A DNA stretch of 56,332 nucleotides. Source: Octopus bimaculoides. Its lineage: Eukaryota. How positions within the stretch are numbered: position 1 is the first letter of the stretch; every line of letters begins with the position of its first letter. Under the pieces are notes generated by a model that was not told the origin of the DNA, did no database searches, and saw nothing but the letters and a program-made list of their open reading frames with translations. Positions 49,379-56,332 of the stretch are shown piece by piece. The position numbers and the translations under genes were made by a program. The stretch spans positions 25,699,226 to 25,755,557 of the forward strand of contig NC_068981.1 in NCBI RefSeq assembly GCF_001194135.2. The letters are read 5' to 3'.

Positions 49379-49747
49379 CCAACTTTAATCTCTATACATA
49401 TTTTAATTCACGATCATATACCGATCATTGTACATATTTCTCCCCACTACTCTAGTTTCTGAATTTTTGTGTCTATATATATATTCCACTCCACCTCCAC
49501 CCTTCCACAAAGACTGAGATAACTGCATGGCATGGCTGTAGGCTTTTTCAAGCAAAACTGGATCTTCTGCCAAGAGTTCAGAATGAACCTACGTTTGGGT
49601 AAGAAACAAAGATGAGGTCAGCAACGTCAAACTCCCTCGACCGCTAAGCATCACATATGAGAGTGAAAGTGCGGCGAAGTAAACGGCGGTGCCTTAGCAT
49701 GGCCGCAGTTCTTGGACTGAAACTAAAAAGGAAATAAGCTATGTATG

Positions 49748-49781
<34 letters not shown>

Positions 49782-50005
49782 TGTATGTATGTATGTATGT
49801 ATATACGTATGTATGTATGTATGTACATATATNNNNNNNNNNNNNNNNNNNNNNNNNNNNNNNNNNNNNNNNNNNNNNNNNNNNNNNNNNNNNNNNNNNN
49901 NNNNNNNNNNNNNNNNNNNNNNNNNNNNNNNNNNNNNNNNNNNNNNNNNNNNNNNNNNNNNNNNNNNNNNNNNNNNNNNNNNNNNNNNNNNNNNNNNNNN
50001 NNNNN

Positions 50006-50039
<34 letters not shown>

Positions 50040-50114
50040 GTATGGATGTATGTATAAACATTATTACTTCTAAATCTCTCAACGAGAGACATACAGTAAC
50101 ACTACTTTAAAGTT

Positions 50115-50700
50115 AAGATTATTTGCCAACATAATGTGACAGTCCCGGGTGGGATGAATGTTGCTGTTGGTCTAACCCCAGGAAACATCGTCTCCAGCTG
50201 GTTATACGTCACACAAGTGTCCTTGTATTTTCGAACATGTATTTATGTATATATTCTTTTATTCTCTCACTCGTTTCAGCCAGAGGCTGGGACCACGCTG
50301 GAGCACTGCTTTTCAATGTTTTGGGGTTCCTTTTCGGTGCCTCCTTGTACCTCCTGCCACGAGGTAGGTAAGCTCATGTGGGATTTCAGTTAGAAATTTG
50401 TCCAGGTGCAATTTCAACGTTTTCACATCTACACCTCACAAATTTATTAGGTTGCTTGGCAGGATGATAAACAGTTGTGGTCCACTGAAACCCAAGTTGT
50501 AAGGGGTTCTTTTCTGAGATGAAGTTGGTGTCTTTGGTATTATGCAGGATCGTCCAGTTCAGTTATTGGTATAGTTTTTAATTCCGAAGATGAGAACTAG
50601 ACCTTTGAGGAACTTCCATATGTATATTACACCATACCTTTCTCACCTTCGCTCCAGGTAGTAGAGTTTTAGTTCTTGTAGGTTCTCCTTGTAGCTTATC
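50115..50700 (-). mobile_element. CR1-group LINE 3' end, interrupted by a SINE tail (~50230-50320)
   Basis: SYKENLQELKLYYLERR*ERY..IYIWK.LKGLV..FGI / TGRSCIIP / GFSGPQLF.ILP / DVKTLKLHLDKFLTEIP. Confidence 0.75.
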
Positions 50701-50726
50701 TTATATATACGACGGTCTTCTTTCAG

Positions 50727-50869
50727 TGTTTGTCTACCAAATCCATTCACAAAGCTTTGGTCGATCCGAGACTATACTAGAAAACACTTCCCTAAATTGT
50801 AGCACGGTAATACAGAACACAGAACTACATGGTTGCGAGGCACACGTCTTAATACACAGCCACGGATGC

Positions 50870-50870
<1 letters not shown>
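50727..50870 (-). mobile_element. SINE head
   Basis: Reverse complement of 3652-3790. Confidence 0.7.
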
Positions 50871-50901
<31 letters not shown>

Positions 50902-51045
50902 NNNNNNNNNNNNNNNNNNNNNNNNNNNNNNNNNNNNNNNNNNNNNNNNNNNNNNNNNNNNNNNNNNNNNNNNNNNNNATATATATAAATGTGTGTGTAT
51001 GTGTGTGTGCGTTTCTCAATGTGTATTTATGAAAGATTGCGTCAT

Positions 51046-51694
51046 GCTGTGTTGTATCTTGTGAAAAGATATTTAGCCGTCCTGTAAATAGACAGAGACC
51101 GATAATATAATTACCAAACTGTAATATGTAATAAGGTCGACTTGAATGGCAAAAACACTTTAATGCTATGTTCCGGCATGGTCACGCTACAACGCCGGAA
51201 ACTAATAAAAGAATGAAACATTCAAAACGATGTTTATCTTCATATATCTTTAAGTGAACCGATCCTATCATTTAAATTGGTGCCTGTCATAGATCCCGGA
51301 AGGAAGAAAAGAAATACAATAAGTTACGGTAAAGCATCATCTAAGACGCTCCTCCGATCCAATTATACTCTGTTTAGCAAAAATAACTGTGTCACCTGAA
51401 TGTCGTGTTACGAATTTCACTTCCTATTTGTGTACCTTATGTTATTTCAGAACAACAATGCTGTTTCATGGACGTCTTCTATGGTGACCTTGACCTGACA
51501 AACGCCTTGTGATAGGGTCGACATAGTCGGCCAGAACATTTTAAAGCTATGCCCCAGCATAGCCACGCTACAATACCGGAAGCTATTAAAAGGATAAACA
51601 TATAACAATGATTTGTATCTTTCGTATATCTTTGAGTGGACCGATCCCATTATTCAACTGTTGCTTATAACTTAAACACAGGAAGGAAGAAAGG
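51046..51694 (+). repeat. Old repeat unit, copy 2 (51046-51484) plus partial tandem copy 3 (51515-51694)
   Basis: Collinear with 44111-44545. Confidence 0.8.
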
Positions 51695-52223
51695 CGAAGT
51701 ACATTCCGGTAGACTTTCAACTTACTGCTTTACATAGATGTATGAAGGAAAATCATAGACAGTAAATGCTTTGTCGAAACCATTTAGAATTGTTTCGATT
51801 CCTCCCGCACCTGTACTTCAACTGTGCAATTGATTATTTTGTAGTACATGTACAGATTGTGCCTCCTCGGGTGCCTTTTTAAACAAGTACCGCGTTTTCT
51901 CCTCGCTGTTTCATTTAACTCTATAACAGTGTTATAGAGCTAATATGATGCGAGAGAATGGATTGTACAACAGCTCACATAAGAAGTAGAGCTGCTAGCT
52001 GGTTTTGAATAAAGAACCTCGTAAATTTCAATTTTTGTCTCTGATACATATAAATAACAAATAAAAAATAATGGTCATTACATATAATTCTTTATTGGAG
52101 CAAATTTGGCTTACAGCTGTTTCCAGTAGTCATTATAGGTACATTACTGATAGGTTTACTCAAATGGTCTATTGATCAATTGAGGTAAATTGAACAACCT
52201 AAGAAAATTAATGCTACTTTATA

Positions 52224-52264
<41 letters not shown>

Positions 52265-52451
52265 ATATGTGTATATGTGTGTGTGTATATGTGTGTGTAC
52301 GTGTGTGTGTGTATGCGTGTGTGTACGTGTGCGTGTAACATTGAAAGAGATACAAGTCTAAACAATGCAAAATGGAGTGTAAGATGAGGTAACGAAAAGT
52401 AAAAGTAAGTTACCTGGTAATCTATTTTTTTAAAACTGTTGTTATTACTGC

Positions 52452-53623
52452 CATCAAGACAAACCATCTAAGCCATCCAAGCCTGCAGTTCACCCATGGA
52501 TGCTACCAGAGAAGCCATCAAGCAGTTTACACATGGATTATGCCATCAACTTCATGGGTACAAACTGGCTGGTGATCACAGACGCTTTCTCACGATATCC
52601 ATGTATTCATCCAACGTCATCAAAATCCACTAGAGCCACTCTAGATCTGTAGGAATAGGACTTCGCTGACTTCGGATATCCTCACACGCTGATCACAGAT
52701 AATGCATCAACTTTTCTTTCTGAAGAATTTCAGAGCTGAGGCAAAGAACGTGGGGTTACACACCTGACAGGTGCACCATACCATCCAGCTACTGACGGAG
52801 CAGCAGAACGTTTCGTACAGTCTTTCAAGCAAGCACTAAGAAAGTCTTCTTTGCCCCACAACGAGCTTTTCAGGAGTTTTTTTATGCAGTACTGGAGAAG
52901 GCCGACATCCTGTGGACTCTCTCCAAGCGAATTCTTGATGTCCCGGCAGATTCGGACTAGGATTGACTCTCTGCTGCCCTCTCATGCACACATAGTTCAG
53001 AGCAAGAAATCCAAGGTACTATCAAAGACAGAGATGACAACAGACTCAGGAGGTGTCGCGAAGGTAACCAAACAGTAGAAGACTGGTGATCCTGTGTATG
53101 CTCTCTGCTATGGACCTCGCCGTAACAAGCAGTCCCGATGGGTAGCAGCAGTCGTCACGAAGTCTTTGGGTACTCGCTGTTTCAACATCAAGGGTTTTTT
53201 CCCATGGCCCAGTATGTAGACGACACTGGGAACAACTACGTCCGCGCTACACTTCTGCAGAGGACAGCGAACCTGGTGATGAGACTGACAATATTTCCGA
53301 CCTTCCAACAGATAATCCAATGGAAATCCTGAAAGAAGTGCCACAAATTCAGATACCGACCAGACCACATCTATCCAAAACCAAATAGCTTGGACCAGAT
53401 AACTCTAGACGACCCAAAAGAACACCCAAACCTAGAAAGAGACTTTGTTGTTGATTCTTCTAGTGTAACATCAGTTTCGGTAGGGTGGTGTTGTGGAGAT
53501 AGCTAGCTAATAGAATTCAAAGATCTGGGACTCGCGAGAACTTTCACAAGGCGTCTCGATTTTTGACTTACTTTATTATTACAGTCTTGAGTTTTACAGT
53601 TGGAATAAACAGACATCACAACT
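52452..53623 (+). mobile_element. Gypsy/Ty3 LTR retrotransposon: integrase and probable 3' LTR (53489-53623)
   Basis: VHPW..PEKP...LHMDYA.NFMG..WLVITDAFSRYP / GYPHTLITDNASTF / GAPYHPATDGAAERFVQSFK / SPSEFLMSRQIRTRID; a purine-rich tract precedes TGTTGTG...AATAAA...CACAAC. Confidence 0.9.
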
Positions 53624-54196
53624 ATCTGGATTATTACTCGATTCTTTGTAAGTAAACTAGAGAAACAAAACACATCCCCACCAAACCATAGGACAGCCTA
53701 CCTACGAACAAGCTAGGCACATACATGATGTGGTCGATATATATATATATATATATATATTGATGTATACTTTATTCTTTTACTAGTTTCCGGCATTGTA
53801 GCGTGCCCGTGCTGGGGCATAGCCTTAAAATATTCTGCCTGATCGTGTCACATATTACAGTTAGCTTAATATTTTATCGGTTTCTCGCTATCTACTGGAT
53901 GGTTATGCATGTTTTTCACAGGATACGACACAGTAAGACGTAATCTTCCACAAGTACACAAAGAAACAAACGAAAATACATGTACATATGTTCACTTACG
54001 TATTCACAGACATAAATATACAATACTTACGCAGAAGCAAAATTATACATACACCCATATAGATACTGCCATAATTAAAGTTGTATCGTGTATCCAAAAC
54101 GATGAGACTTTTTCAACCGTTTGCAATGTTTCATTGAATATATGCCACGTGTTTTATAGTAATTGAATATCTCGCTACTATATCAGCTCTTATCAA

Positions 54197-54415
54197 GGTG
54201 TCTAGCTGGCAGACTCGTTAGCACGCTGGAGGAAATGCTTAGCGGTATTTCGCCCTTTGGTACGGTCTGAGTTCAAATTCTGCTGAAGTTGAATTTGCCT
54301 TTCATCCTTTCGAGGTCGATAAATTAAGTACCAGTGAAACAATGGGGATCGATGTAATCGACTATTCCCCTTACCCAAAATTTTCGGTGCTTGTGCCTAT
54401 AGTAGAAAAGATTAT
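54197..54415 (+). mobile_element. SINE (GCGAGCTGGCAG family)
   Basis: Full head, central block and tail, as at 34221. Confidence 0.85.
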
Positions 54416-54599
54416 ATTAGTTCCTATTTTTACTTCGATGTTAAGGTGTTATAACTGTCATTATATTTAATCGGGCCAAAGCAAAACCATGTTAAAGTTA
54501 AACTGTTCATACTGAGAACTGTGTAACTACCGTGTATGTTTGTAAGTGGATGCATTCACAAACACGCATAATGGCATCTAAGTCGGTTGTAACTGTAGA

Positions 54600-55320
54600 A
54601 TATATCGGGTGATATTTCCAGATGACATGGTAGTATATAGCTTGTCAGAAGGTTTTCTCTACTATGCACGGAATGGGTTTGCTTTTGAATACTGCAAAAC
54701 AGAGATGAGAATAAATATTACGATGACTGAGACAATTATCCTCTCAAGAGTCTTCCCAGTGCATTCTGTATGGTAGTGGAACATCACTGAGACAAGCAGA
54801 GTGGTTTAAATATCGCCAGTGATGAGATACAAGAGGACGAATTGGACGTTAAAATTGCAGGGGCTGATTTAGATATGCGCCAGTTTTAGCATTCGATCTA
54901 CACAGAATGAGAAGTTAAATTAACCAAATTTACTATCTCCAATTTGGTATACATCTTTATCATCACCCAAAGACTTTAATCTTAGAAAATGAGTGAAAGA
55001 GTTTGATTACGAATACAAGTGGCCGATATCGGTTTTCTCTGAATGATCTGTCGAGCAATGCTGATCCACAAGGTACATAGTTAGGGTATCAGGAGTCTCT
55101 CCAGGTCGAGCCACTAGTTCCAGTAATACTCACATGAGTTTTGAATGCCACAGTCAGATTCTTCGTAAGTCAAATTCTTCAAGCCGAGTCAACAACAGAA
55201 AACCTAGTAGACCACAAGCAAGATGGCTGCATAACATCTCAGCTAGTCCCGCTTGTGAATCCAGCAGGAAAATGTAATGACGGTTGCTTTGGATAGAATC
55301 CTGTAGAGGATGTCCCTGAG
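54600..55320 (+). mobile_element. Very old RTE-like LINE 3' half
   Basis: IFPDDMVVYS (decayed FADD), GLLLNTAK, ILYGSGT, RKPSRPQARWLHNI, VALDRIL*R appear in collinear order. Confidence 0.45.
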
Positions 55321-55954
55321 GACGCTACGCCTGTTCCTATCAGTCATGCCTGCGCTTTTGCAATGGAAAAAGAAAAGAAAGCGACAGATATTGCTGGAAC
55401 ATTTTCATCATTAGCCTTCTCTATCACAACTGATCTACAGCTAAAGACAAGTACAACAACGAAACTGAAGCGATGGAATGTAATTTTAAGTCTGACAAAA
55501 ATCGAAAGAAATCAGATTCATAATTCAGTACGATATTTAGTGTGGTGACACTATATATCTCTATCTGACATAAAAGTACGGTACTTTTAAAGCAGGAAGT
55601 ATCAAACATGTATCTATGAAACATTAAAAGTATGTTGTTTTGTTTATAAGTAGATCCTGTTCAGGAATCGTGGCATACTGAGTGAAGCCTTCGAAAGTTA
55701 TGACAAATGATTAGGGTTGGTGATGATGTTGATTAGCACCAAATCCAGTCGAATAGAGCTCCGATCTATTACCAATTATATTACATCCGTGACCATCCTA
55801 TTATTTATCTGAAATATAATAAGTACGAATACATCGCTTAATTTACCACCCATTAATTTTCTAGAGAAGTACGTTGTGACTCGCAGGAAGTATCAGTTAT
55901 TTTTAGACTATTTTAAGGTTCTACATTTGGCTAGTGAATATCTATCTACCTACG

Positions 55955-56015
<61 letters not shown>
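55955..56015. repeat. (ATCT)n microsatellite
   Basis: Seen directly. Confidence 0.95.
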
Positions 56016-56019
<4 letters not shown>

Positions 56020-56332
56020 CTTCTGACGGACGTGCTGTCACATCGGCTGCAGAGGTAAACGTTTATTTGACCTTTTATTGTCCACATTTTGTTGGAATTT
56101 TTTAATGTTTGTTGCGAAGCACCTAGGCTTCATTTTTGTGTATTTTCATGGGCAGGAATTGGCCCCCAGGGGCATTTTCGGCCCTAGCAAAATACAAATA
56201 TTTTGGAACGCTTGTCTTGTTCTTTTGATGAGCATTTCCCGAGGCTTCAGATGCCAGAAGAGAAAAAAGAACAGAGTAGCACGTGCTCACACAGTGACAG
56301 GAAAGCAGTTGCTGTAGACGTCACAAAGACGG

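Overview
AT-rich, repeat-dense animal genomic DNA with 11 N-gaps, most of them bordered by microsatellites. The SINE families resemble octopus SINEs, so the source is inferred to be Octopus or a related coleoid. There is one intact protein-coding locus: an interleukin-17-like cystine-knot cytokine on the minus strand (21454-22026). Its ORF start looks like intron sequence, so a tiny upstream ATG exon is probably missing from the ORF track. The rest is mostly decayed transposons: tRNA-derived SINEs, Tx1/L1-, CR1-group, RTE- and R4/Dong-like LINEs, a Penelope-like element (RT thumb plus GIY-YIG), a Rep-less Helitron, a mariner, MITEs and a Gypsy integrase with LTR. The main unexplained signals are: (i) six minimal type-I hammerhead-ribozyme-like motifs in three families, five with a non-canonical core (A6U, with or without C3U); (ii) a Mutator/Foldback-like element whose arms are built from SINE-tail modules, plus a second long palindrome, together bracketing the IL-17 exon; (iii) a previously unannotated intronless guanylate-cyclase relic; (iv) an interstitial TTAGGG array. 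Everything was read by eye and no searches were run.
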